From positions 672,001 through 736,000 of the forward strand of contig CAVXGR010000018.1 in assembly GCA_963761335.1 (NCBI GenBank): a DNA stretch of 64,000 nt. The letters are read 5' to 3'. This DNA is from an uncultured delta proteobacterium (lineage in GTDB: Bacteria; Desulfobacterota; Binatia; HRBIN30; BPIQ01). The position numbers and the translations under genes are program-made. Positions 30,078 through 38,824 of this stretch are shown here, piece by piece (the first letter of the stretch is position 1; each line of letters starts with the position of its first letter). The notes under the pieces were generated by a model. That model saw nothing but the letters and a program-made list of their open reading frames with translations, had not been told where the DNA came from and searched no databases.

Positions 30078-30896
30078 ATGAGAACCCTGGCTGCCGCGAC
30101 GTTGCTCGCCGGCCTGCTCTCGGCGACGGCGCAGGCTCAGGTCGGAACGGTTGCCACGACCTCGGGGACGGTCGAGATGAGCCCCGAGGGTGTACCGGAG
30201 TGGCGCCCGCTGGCCGCGGGTGAGGCGCTGCGTCCAGGGCAGCAGATTCGCACAGGCAGTAACGGCTGGACGCGTCTCCTCTTTGCCGACGACAGCATCG
30301 CCGTGCTGGGCTCGCAGAGCTCAGTGCGCCTCGAGAACGATACCTCCGACCGCACCCCCCGACTGGTTCTGCACCTGAGCGCTGGCAAGCTGCGAGTGGT
30401 CACCACCGAAGGAGGCGCCGGCGGGGCGCGCTTCGAGGTGGAAACCCCCTCCGCGGTCGTCGAGCGCCGCGGCAACGAGTACGTGGTCATCTACGACGCC
30501 GTCAGGGGCGACACCTCCGTGGTCGACGTGAGCGGCACCGTCGAGGTGCTGAGCGTCCTCGGCGTCATGGGCAAGCCGGTGACCCTGCGTGCCCGCAGCA
30601 GCACCACGGTTGGCAAGGGGGCCTTCCCGACCGCGCCGATCGAGATGTCGGAGGATGCCGTCGCGGCGCTGCGCCGCAGCCTCGATCCGGTGGTGAGCGC
30701 CGATGACTCGCTGCTCTCCGGATTCACCGGAGCGGACTCGGCGGCGGTGAAGGAGACTTTGCAGGGCACCCCGATGGCACCGCCGCCGCACGCCGCCCCG
30801 CCGCCTCCACCGGCGGAGAGCCTGCCGCCCCCGCGGCGTTTGCTGGGCCCGCCGCTGAGCGGAGGCGGGCTTCCCCCCGGCATCCCGCAGCGCTAG
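30078..30896 (+). CDS. Secreted FecR-domain protein with Pro-rich tail
   Basis: GGAGG RBS, signal peptide, IRTGSNG..RLLFADDS...LGSQS, LSAGKL, FEVETPSAVV..RG. Confidence 0.82.
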   Translation: MRTLAAATLLAGLLSATAQAQVGTVATTSGTVEMSPEGVPEWRPLAAGEALRPGQQIRTGSNGWTRLLFADDSIAVLGSQSSVRLENDTSDRTPRLVLHLSAGKLRVVTTEGGAGGARFEVETPSAVVERRGNEYVVIYDAVRGDTSVVDVSGTVEVLSVLGVMGKPVTLRARSSTTVGKGAFPTAPIEMSEDAVAALRRSLDPVVSADDSLLSGFTGADSAAVKETLQGTPMAPPPHAAPPPPPAESLPPPRRLLGPPLSGGGLPPGIPQR

Positions 30897-30984
30897 CGCC
30901 GGCAGGAAGGCCGAAGGCGCTAGCCGAAATACTTCTGCAGCAACGGTTCCCAGCGGCCCAGTGCCGGCAGATGCTCCAGCATGG

Positions 30985-32757
30985 TCATGCTCGGTCTCTC
31001 CCTGCGCTCGCTGCGAAGATGCGGCGCAGTGTCTGCAGCGGCAGCTTCGGGGTGCGATCGAAATGGAGAAGACCATTGATCTCCAGCTGCACGTCGGTGA
31101 GCTGGGTCCACACGAAGCCGCTCAGCTCGGGTACACCGCGCACCGCCTCGAGCAACGCCCCGAGCCACTGCTCCAGAGCCTCCTCGCTGGCGGCCTCGGC
31201 ATAGCCCCACCAGTTCGCCGGCTGCCCGTGTCCGGGCTGCCGAAAGGCCAGGCCGCCAAACTCGCTCAGCACCACGGGAATGTCCCCGACCTCGACGCCG
31301 GGCAAGGCCGCCGGCCGTTCCGGCGCGACCGTCGTGGTGGGCTCCGCCAGCACCCGACGCAAGTGCTGGCCGAGCGCTTCGGCGTCGGCGACGTAGCTGT
31401 GCACGCCCCAGACGTCGCCGGCGGCGAACTCCCAGCCGTCGTTGGCGATCACCAGACGCGTGTCGTCGCAGGCGTGCGTGAGGTGGTAGAGCGCCTCGGT
31501 CCAGGCCCGCTGCCGCGCGCTGAGGCGCAGGCGATCGACGCCCCACGATTCGTTGAAGGGTACCCACGCCATGATCGAGGGATGCATGCGATCGCGGCGC
31601 ACGATCTCCGTCCATTCGCTGGTCAGGTCCTGAACCAGCGCCGAGCCGAACTCGCGGCCGCTCGGCATCTCGCTCCAGACGGCGAAGCCGAGGCGATCGG
31701 CCCAGTACAGCCAGCGCGGGTCCTCTGCCTTCTGGTGCTTGCGGGCACCGTTGAAGCCCATCGCCATGGCGCCTTCGATGTCGCGGCGGAGGTCGTCGTC
31801 CGATGGCGCCGTGTACCAGCCGCCGGGAAAGTATCCCTGGTCGAGAACGGCGCGAAAGTAAAAGGGCTGGTCGTTGAGCAGCAGGCGGCGGCCGCGCCGC
31901 CCGAAGCGCCGCAGGCCGGTATACGACCGGACGCGGTCACCGTCGCCGGGTGCCATGCCCGCCGGCTGCAGGGCGATGTCGATGTCGTAGAGAACCGGTG
32001 TCTGCGGCGACCACAGACGCGGTGCCGGAACCTCGAGATCGACACGGCAGCTGCTCTTGCCGGCGAGGGTGAGGCGCTGTGAGCTCACCGGCTCGTCCTC
32101 GAGTGACAGCGCCACCACGACCTCGCCGGAGAATGGCTGGTTGGTGTCGATGTTCACCGTCAGACGCCCGTCGGCGCGAAAGCGTGTCCAGACGTCGTCG
32201 ACGAAGACGTCGTCGACGGGCTCGAGCCACACAGTCTGCCAGATGCCGGTGACCCGATCGTAGTCGATCATCTCGGGGGCGGCGCCGACGATCTGCTTGC
32301 CGCGGGGCTGTGTCCACACCGGGCGATCTTCGGCGCGCAGGACGATCTCGTTGCGGCCGAGGCGGGCGGCGTGCTGGATCTCGCAGCAGAGCGGCGCGTA
32401 GCCGCCGCGGTGCTCGCCGGCGAGGCGGCCGTTGACCCACACGGTCGCGGCGAAATCACAGGCACCGACGTGCAGCAGCAGGCGACGGCGTAGGAAGCTC
32501 TCGGGAATCTCCACCTCGCGCCGATACCACACGACTGGATGCACGGCGGTGTCGCCGATGCCGGAGAGCGGTGCCTCGAAGGTGAACGGCACGGTGATGC
32601 GCTGCGGCAGCGCTCGTCCGTGATGCCAGCCTTCGGCGCGGCCCACGTCGCCGTCGTCGAAAGCGAATTGCCATTCACCGTTGAGATTCAGCCAGCGCTG
32701 CCGGACGCGATGCGGTCGCGGATACTCGGGCCGGGGGAGGTCAGCAGCGGTCGGCAT
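30985..32757 (-). CDS. Glycoside hydrolase family 2 (beta-galactosidase/glucuronidase-like)
   Basis: PRPEYPRP, LNLNGEWQF, QPRGKQ, TGIWQTVWLE, LDQGYFP, GFNGARKHQK, WVPFNESWG (acid/base), LSEFGG (nucleophile), TQLTDVQ.E.NGL. Confidence 0.92.
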   Translation of the reverse strand: MPTAADLPRPEYPRPHRVRQRWLNLNGEWQFAFDDGDVGRAEGWHHGRALPQRITVPFTFEAPLSGIGDTAVHPVVWYRREVEIPESFLRRRLLLHVGACDFAATVWVNGRLAGEHRGGYAPLCCEIQHAARLGRNEIVLRAEDRPVWTQPRGKQIVGAAPEMIDYDRVTGIWQTVWLEPVDDVFVDDVWTRFRADGRLTVNIDTNQPFSGEVVVALSLEDEPVSSQRLTLAGKSSCRVDLEVPAPRLWSPQTPVLYDIDIALQPAGMAPGDGDRVRSYTGLRRFGRRGRRLLLNDQPFYFRAVLDQGYFPGGWYTAPSDDDLRRDIEGAMAMGFNGARKHQKAEDPRWLYWADRLGFAVWSEMPSGREFGSALVQDLTSEWTEIVRRDRMHPSIMAWVPFNESWGVDRLRLSARQRAWTEALYHLTHACDDTRLVIANDGWEFAAGDVWGVHSYVADAEALGQHLRRVLAEPTTTVAPERPAALPGVEVGDIPVVLSEFGGLAFRQPGHGQPANWWGYAEAASEEALEQWLGALLEAVRGVPELSGFVWTQLTDVQLEINGLLHFDRTPKLPLQTLRRIFAASAGRDRA

Positions 32758-32813
32758 CGCCGGCGAATTTACACGCCGGGGGCAGCCTGGGCAAAGCCGG
32801 GCGGGACTGGGGG

Positions 32814-34100
32814 TCAGAGGTTCAGGTGAAAGTACCGCCACCACGAAAATGCGTGAACGGCGCTGCCGACGATCCAGGCGAGGGCGAGACGGCGGAAGCT
32901 CTGCGGGGGCATCTGGGTCGCGGCGATGTAGACGACGTGGAAGCTCAGCACCATCGGTGCCAGCGTGAAGATGTCCCAGTCAGGCAGGTAGCCGAATGCC
33001 GGAAACCAGACGACGGAGAGCGCCATGCTGCCGAGCGCGGCGAGCGCCAGATAGCGTTCCAGCGGCTGGCGCGAGCGCCACAGGGCCTCCGGCCAGCAGA
33101 GGACGGCGACAGGGCTCAGGGCCAGCAGGCAGTTCACCGTGTCGATCAGATGCGGCCAGCCGAAGAACGGGTACTGGCAGTTCATGCTGCAGTACTTCGG
33201 AATCCAGGCGAGTGGCGCGGTGATGTTGCCGAATGGGCCTCCGGCGTTCGGCGCGCCGGCCAGCACATAGGCGAGCATCCCCGCCAGTGGCAGGAGGAAG
33301 GCGGCGATCGAGGTCAGCGTCGTGCGCCAGCCGTCGCCACGCCAGAGATACCAGACGTGCGCGGGAAACAGGCAGAGGGCCGAGCCGTGCATCAGCGACG
33401 CCACCGAGAGCACGGCGCTCGAGCCGGCGTTGAATCGGCGGCCGTGGCCGCGCAACGCGCGCGTGCCGAGATAGAGATACCACGGCACCAGCGCCAGTGA
33501 CTTTGGCGTCCCCTTCTCCGGGTAGCCGAAGAACAGAATCATGAACCCGGAAGACAGCATCATGAGGAAGGGCAGAGGCCAGGAAGGGGTGAGGCTCTGC
33601 GTCCAGAGGAAGATGGCGCCCACGGCCGCGGCCCCGAACACGGCGGTCACCGCGGCGATGCCGGTCGACGGCAGCAGGCCGTGCACCGCCGACCACTTCG
33701 CGGTCAGATAGGTGACCAGCATGCCGAGCGGCTCGGCGGGCTCGATCGTGTAGCCCCACAGGGGCTGCGTGTCGACTCCGACCAGGTCGCCGAACCACCG
33801 CCGGACGCGGAACGTCCAGAGAAGGCACCCGGCGATCAGCACGACGGCGGCCGCCCAAGCGAGCGGCCGGCGGACGCGCACCTTCCAGTCCGGCAGCGCC
33901 GCGCCGGCGCAGTCGGCGATCGCCATCGCCGCCGCCAGCAGCAGAGGGATCATCGGCGGCATGCGGATCGGCAGATCGCGAAACCCGGTCCACAGCCAGC
34001 CGTCGAAGATCCACGGCCATCCCCCCACGTCGGGCGAGAGCGCCGCGGCGATCCCGAAACAGAGGATCAAGGCGATGCGAATCTCCGCGCTCTTCAGCAA
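32814..34100 (-). CDS. Hypothetical polytopic membrane protein (possible GT-C-type glycosyltransferase)
   Basis: Roughly 11-12 hydrophobic segments, LFFGYPE and DWDIF acidic loop motifs; TTG start uncertain. Confidence 0.55.
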   Translation of the reverse strand: MLKSAEIRIALILCFGIAAALSPDVGGWPWIFDGWLWTGFRDLPIRMPPMIPLLLAAAMAIADCAGAALPDWKVRVRRPLAWAAAVVLIAGCLLWTFRVRRWFGDLVGVDTQPLWGYTIEPAEPLGMLVTYLTAKWSAVHGLLPSTGIAAVTAVFGAAAVGAIFLWTQSLTPSWPLPFLMMLSSGFMILFFGYPEKGTPKSLALVPWYLYLGTRALRGHGRRFNAGSSAVLSVASLMHGSALCLFPAHVWYLWRGDGWRTTLTSIAAFLLPLAGMLAYVLAGAPNAGGPFGNITAPLAWIPKYCSMNCQYPFFGWPHLIDTVNCLLALSPVAVLCWPEALWRSRQPLERYLALAALGSMALSVVWFPAFGYLPDWDIFTLAPMVLSFHVVYIAATQMPPQSFRRLALAWIVGSAVHAFSWWRYFHLNL

Positions 34101-34170
34101 AACAGCTCGCTCTTCGAGCCGGGTCTTATCGCAGGGAAGAAGCGGGCGGACAAGCGAAGGTGGCTCAGGA

Positions 34171-34392
34171 CGGTGACTCGGTGACTCGGTGGCTCAGTGG
34201 CTCGGTCATTCTCCATTCCGTCGTTCTCATTCTCATCCCGTCGTTTTCCATTTTCACTGCAAGCGGCGGTCATCCCCGCAGCGCTCACGGAAACGGAGAA
34301 CGACGGCATGAGAACCGGGAATGAGAGCCGGCTGATGAGTGTCGCGCCGAAGCCGCGTCCTGGGCACGCACTCACCGAGCCACCGAGCCACC
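34171..34392. repeat. Composite repeat: octamer arrays flanking inverted GAGAAC-family arms
   Basis: CGGTGACT/GTGGCTC 8-mers (34171-34206), TTCTCATCCCGTCGTTTTCCATT (34230-34252), GGAGAACGACGGCATGAGAACCGGGAATGAGA (34295-34326), ACCGAGCC 8-mers (34374-34392). Confidence 0.75.
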
Positions 34393-34453
34393 AATTAACC
34401 TCCCCGCTGTGGAACAATGCCCCCCGTCTGCGATAGAAGGGCGGGCAACGAAG

Positions 34454-37400
34454 ATGCGCCGTATCCCGTTTCACCCGCTGGTGCGCCGGTGGTTCGCCGA
34501 GACCTTTGCGGCGCCGACTCCCGTGCAGATGGAAGGATGGGAGAGGATTGCCGCCGGCGGCGATACTCTGATCGCGGCCCCGACCGGCTCGGGGAAGACG
34601 CTGGCGGCGTTTCTCTGGGCCGTCAACCGTCTGGTCGCCGCGGGCGCCGCCGGGCGCCTCGAAGACCGCATCCACGTGGTGTACGTGTCGCCGCTGAAGG
34701 CGCTCGGCAACGACATCGAGAAGAACCTGCGCCAGCCGCTGGCCTCTCTGCGGCAGATGGCCGAGAGCGAGGGATTGCCGCTGCCGGAGATGCGCGTCGC
34801 GGTGCGCACCGGCGACACGCCGGCGCGCCAGCGCCAGCTGCAGCTGCGCACGCCGCCCCACATCCTCATCACCACGCCCGAATCGCTTTACATCCTCCTC
34901 ACCGCCGAGCGCAGCCGCCAGGCGCTGCGGTGCGCCGAGACGGTCATCGTCGACGAGATCCACGCGGTTGCCGCCGACAAGCGGGGGGCGCACCTGGCCC
35001 TGTCGCTGGAGCGCCTCGAGGCGCTGGCAGAGGGGAGACTGCAGCGCATCGGGCTGTCGGCGACGCAGCGGCCGGTGGAGGAGGTGGCTCGGCTGCTGGT
35101 CGGGGCGGGGCGCTGTCGCGACGGAACGCCTGACTGCGCCATCGTCGATGCCGGACACCGACGCGAGATGGAGCTGCGCGTCGAGGTGCCGGAGATGGAG
35201 CTCGGCGCCATCCCCACCCACGAGATGCAGGGCGAGACCTACGACCGCATCGCCTCGCTGGTGCGGTCGCACCGCGCCACCATCGTCTTCGCTCATACCC
35301 GCCGTATGGTGGAACGAGTCGCCCACGCCCTGAGCGAGCGGCTCGGCTCCGAGCAGGTCGCGGCGCATCACGGCAGCCTGTCGCGGGAGACGCGCTTGGC
35401 CGCCGAGGCGGGTCTGAAGTGCGGCCGCCTGCCCGTCATCGTCGCCAGCGCCTCGTTGGAGCTGGGCATCGACGTCGGATACGTCGACCTGGTCTGCCAT
35501 CTGGGTGCGCCGCGTTCCCTGGCCTCGATGCTACAGCGGGTCGGCAGGTCGGGGCACTTCCTGGGGGCCACGCCGCGCGGCGTGCTCTTGCCGCTGACGC
35601 GAGACGATCTGCTGCAGTGCGCCGCGGCGGTGCGCGCGGCGCGCGCCGGCGAGCTCGATCGTCTGGAGATTCCGGAGAACCCGCGGGACATCCTCGGGCA
35701 GCAGATGGTCGCCATCGCCGCCAGCGGCGAGGTGGCGGTGGATGACCTGTGGAATCTGGTGCGCCGCGCCCACCCCTTCCGGCGCCTGCCGCGAGGCGAG
35801 TTCGACGCGGTGCTGGAGATGCTGGCCGAGGGCGTGTCGACGCGCCGGGGCCGGCGCTCGGCGCACCTGCACTACGATCGGGTGAACGGTGTCCTGCGGG
35901 CACGCCGCGGTGCGCGCCTGGCGGCGATCACCAGCGGCGGGGCGATTCCCGACACCGCCGACTACGACGTGCTGGAGGAGCCCAGCAACGCCTTCGTCGG
36001 CAAGGTCAACGAGGACTTCGCCGTCGAGAGTCTGGCCGGAGATGTCTTCCTGCTCGGCAATCGGCCCTGGCGCATCCGCCGCGTCGAGTCCGGGCGCATT
36101 CGCGTCGAGGACGCTCGAGGCGCGGCTCCGACCATCCCCTTCTGGCTCGGCGAGGCGCCGGCGCGCACGCGAGAGCTTTCCGCCGCCGTTGCCGATCTGC
36201 GCCGCGAGGTGGTGGCGCGCGCCGCCGATCCGCAGTCGGCAGCGGCGTGGCTGGTGGCGGAGACCGGCGTCGATTCCTGGGGGGCGGAGCAGATCGTCAC
36301 CTACCTCGCGGCCACCGCCGCCGTCCTCGGCGCCGTGCCGACACTCGACACCGTGGTCGCCGAGCGCTTCTTCGACGAGGCCGGCGGCATGCAGCTGATT
36401 CTGCATGCGCCCTTCGGCGGCCGCATCAATCGGGCTCTCGGTCTGGCCCTGCGCAAGCGCTTCTGCGTGCAGTTCGATTTCGAGCTGCAGGCGGCGGCCA
36501 CCGACGATGGTGTCGTCCTCTCTCTCGGCGAGCAGCACAGCTTTCCGCTGGAGAACGTCTTCTCGATGCTTCGTCCCGAGCGCCTGCACGCTGACCTGAC
36601 GCAGGCAGCTCTGGTGGCGCCGATGTTCGCCAATCGCTGGCGCTGGAACGCCAGTCGCGCCCTGGCACTGCTGCGGCACAGCGGCGGTCGCCGGGTGCCG
36701 ATGCCCATTCAGCGGATGCGCGCCGAGGATCTGCTGGCCGCAGTCTTCCCGGCGCAGCTCGCCTGTGGCGACAATCACGTCGGTCCGGTCGAGCTGCCCG
36801 ATCACCCGCTGGTGAACGAGACCATCGACAACTGTCTTCACGAGGCGATGGACATCGACGGTCTCGCCGAGGTGCTCGCTTCGATCGGCAGCGGCCGGAT
36901 TCGCACGCGCGCCGTGGAGACGCCGGCGCCGTCGCCGATGTCGCACGAGATTCTCAATGCCAACCCCTACGCCTTTCTCGACGACGCGCCGCTCGAAGAA
37001 CGTCGCGCCCGCGCCGTGGCGCTGCGGAGGACGATTCCCGACCTCGCCGATGGCGTCGGCGCTCTCGACCCGCAGGCGATCGAGGAGGTGCGGCGCCAGG
37101 CGTGGCCGGATGCGCGCGACGCCGACGAGGTCCACGACGCGCTCCTGACTCTGTGTGTCCTGCCGGTGGCCGACGCCGCGGAGTGGAAGGATCATCTCGA
37201 CGCTCTGATCTCTGGGGGCCGCGTCAACCTTGTCGATGTCGGCGCCGTCGCACCCGCTTACGTCGCGGCGGAGCGCCAGGGTCTGGTGCGGGCCGCATTC
37301 GGCTTGAGCGATTCGGGGGATCCCGGCCGGCGCGGTCACGGGGTCCTTCTCCCGCATCCCTTGGCGGGAGAGGGTCAGGGTGAGGGCGCCGATCTTTCTG

Positions 37401-38824
37401 AACCCCTCTCCCGCGAGCAATGCGGGAGAGGGGACCCACGCTCGCAACCACTGCACAAGAGTAGCCCGTCCCCATGCCTCAGCGAGGAGGAGGCGCTGGT
37501 CACCATCGTCCGCGGCTGGATGGAGTCGCTGGGGCCGATCACTGCCGCATCGCTGGCGGCGCGGCTGTCGCTGGCGGCGGTGCGGATGGATGCGGCGCTG
37601 GCGCGACTGGAAGCGGACGGCGTGGTGTTGCAGGGCCGATTCACTGCGGGAACGCCGGAAAGTGAATGGTGCGAGCGCCGGCTGCTGGCCCGCATCCACC
37701 GGCTGACGATCGGGCGCCTGCGCCGCGAGATCGAGCCGGTCAGCGCCGCCGATTTCATGCGCTTTCTCTTCCGCTGGCAACACCTGCAGCCGGGCGCGAA
37801 GCTGCACGGCCGCGAGGGCGTGCGCGCCGTGATCGAGCAGCTGCAGGGGTTGGAGCTACCGGCGCCGGCCTGGGAACGGGACGTCCTGCCGGCGCGTATC
37901 GCCGACTATGATCCCGCCGATCTCGAGCACCTCTGCCTGAGCGGCGAGGTGACCTGGGGCCGCTTGGCGGTGACCGCGAGTGGAGAGAACGACGAAGCAG
38001 CACCCGGGAGTGCGGGGCTCCGCCACGCCGCGCGCGGCACGCCGACGCGCTCCGCACCTCTGGCATTCGTTCTGCGCTCCGAGCTGCCGCACCTGCTCGA
38101 CGGCTCTGCGGCGGGAGATGATTGGCGAGCCGGGCTTTCGTCCATCGCTCTCGAGGTGCACGGCATGCTGCAGCGGTGTGGCGCCTCGTTTCTCGGTGAG
38201 ATCGCCGTTGCTCTCGGGCGCCGCGACGCCGACGTCGAGCAGGGCCTGTGGGAGCTGGTGGCGCGCGGTCTGGCGACCGGGGATGGTCTCGCCGGCCTGC
38301 GGCTGCTGCTGGATCCGGAAGATCGCCGCCGGGCGCGCCGCGGCGCCCAGGTGCGGGTGGTGACGGCGCGTCGACGGCCGATCCCCGTCGGGCGCTGGGC
38401 GCTGCTGCGCCTCCAGGGCCCGGAGAGTCGCGCGGAGGACAGGGTGGAGCGGGCGGCGCGGCGGCTTCTGGGGCGCTACGGCGTCGTCTTCCGCGAGCTC
38501 TGCGCCCGCGAGCGACGCGAGCCGCGCTGGCGCGATCTGCTGCGGGTGCTGCGCCGACTGGAGGCGCGCGGCGAGATTCGCGGCGGCCGCTTCGTCGCCG
38601 GCTTCCTCGGCGAGCAGTTCGCCCTGCCGCACGCAGTCGAGGCGCTTCGCGGGGTGCGCCGGCGCGCCGCGGAGGAGGAGATCGTCTGCGTCGGTGCCTC
38701 CGACCCGCTCAATCTCCTCGGCATCGTCCTGCCGGGGAGCCGCCTGTCGCCGTTTGCGACGCAGGCGATCACCTATCGCAACGGCGTGCCGATCGGCCTC
38801 GGAGAGCTCGCCGACGCCTCATGA
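34454..38824 (+). CDS. lhr: Lhr-family ATP-dependent DEAD/DEAH-box helicase (long form)
   Basis: APTGSGKT, SPLKALGNDI, RTGDT, TTPESL, DEIH, GLSAT, HHGSLS, LQRVGRSGH, GGAIPD, LEARGEIRGGRFVAG..GEQFA. Confidence 0.93.
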   Translation: MRRIPFHPLVRRWFAETFAAPTPVQMEGWERIAAGGDTLIAAPTGSGKTLAAFLWAVNRLVAAGAAGRLEDRIHVVYVSPLKALGNDIEKNLRQPLASLRQMAESEGLPLPEMRVAVRTGDTPARQRQLQLRTPPHILITTPESLYILLTAERSRQALRCAETVIVDEIHAVAADKRGAHLALSLERLEALAEGRLQRIGLSATQRPVEEVARLLVGAGRCRDGTPDCAIVDAGHRREMELRVEVPEMELGAIPTHEMQGETYDRIASLVRSHRATIVFAHTRRMVERVAHALSERLGSEQVAAHHGSLSRETRLAAEAGLKCGRLPVIVASASLELGIDVGYVDLVCHLGAPRSLASMLQRVGRSGHFLGATPRGVLLPLTRDDLLQCAAAVRAARAGELDRLEIPENPRDILGQQMVAIAASGEVAVDDLWNLVRRAHPFRRLPRGEFDAVLEMLAEGVSTRRGRRSAHLHYDRVNGVLRARRGARLAAITSGGAIPDTADYDVLEEPSNAFVGKVNEDFAVESLAGDVFLLGNRPWRIRRVESGRIRVEDARGAAPTIPFWLGEAPARTRELSAAVADLRREVVARAADPQSAAAWLVAETGVDSWGAEQIVTYLAATAAVLGAVPTLDTVVAERFFDEAGGMQLILHAPFGGRINRALGLALRKRFCVQFDFELQAAATDDGVVLSLGEQHSFPLENVFSMLRPERLHADLTQAALVAPMFANRWRWNASRALALLRHSGGRRVPMPIQRMRAEDLLAAVFPAQLACGDNHVGPVELPDHPLVNETIDNCLHEAMDIDGLAEVLASIGSGRIRTRAVETPAPSPMSHEILNANPYAFLDDAPLEERRARAVALRRTIPDLADGVGALDPQAIEEVRRQAWPDARDADEVHDALLTLCVLPVADAAEWKDHLDALISGGRVNLVDVGAVAPAYVAAERQGLVRAAFGLSDSGDPGRRGHGVLLPHPLAGEGQGEGADLSEPLSREQCGRGDPRSQPLHKSSPSPCLSEEEALVTIVRGWMESLGPITAASLAARLSLAAVRMDAALARLEADGVVLQGRFTAGTPESEWCERRLLARIHRLTIGRLRREIEPVSAADFMRFLFRWQHLQPGAKLHGREGVRAVIEQLQGLELPAPAWERDVLPARIADYDPADLEHLCLSGEVTWGRLAVTASGENDEAAPGSAGLRHAARGTPTRSAPLAFVLRSELPHLLDGSAAGDDWRAGLSSIALEVHGMLQRCGASFLGEIAVALGRRDADVEQGLWELVARGLATGDGLAGLRLLLDPEDRRRARRGAQVRVVTARRRPIPVGRWALLRLQGPESRAEDRVERAARRLLGRYGVVFRELCARERREPRWRDLLRVLRRLEARGEIRGGRFVAGFLGEQFALPHAVEALRGVRRRAAEEEIVCVGASDPLNLLGIVLPGSRLSPFATQAITYRNGVPIGLGELADAS
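37342..37436. repeat. CCCTCTCCC/GGGAGAGGG-type palindromic element read in frame inside lhr
   Basis: Two hairpins CCTTCTCCCGC..GCGGGAGAGGG and CCCCTCTCCCGC..GCGGGAGAGGGG plus GGGTGAGGG; translates as HPLAGEGQGEG...PLSREQCGRG. Confidence 0.7.

Noticed and set aside
34454..38824. Lhr helicase as part of an anti-phage defence island
   Set aside because: It looks like the ordinary long Lhr repair helicase; no nuclease, DNA methylase, ATPase or toxin neighbours
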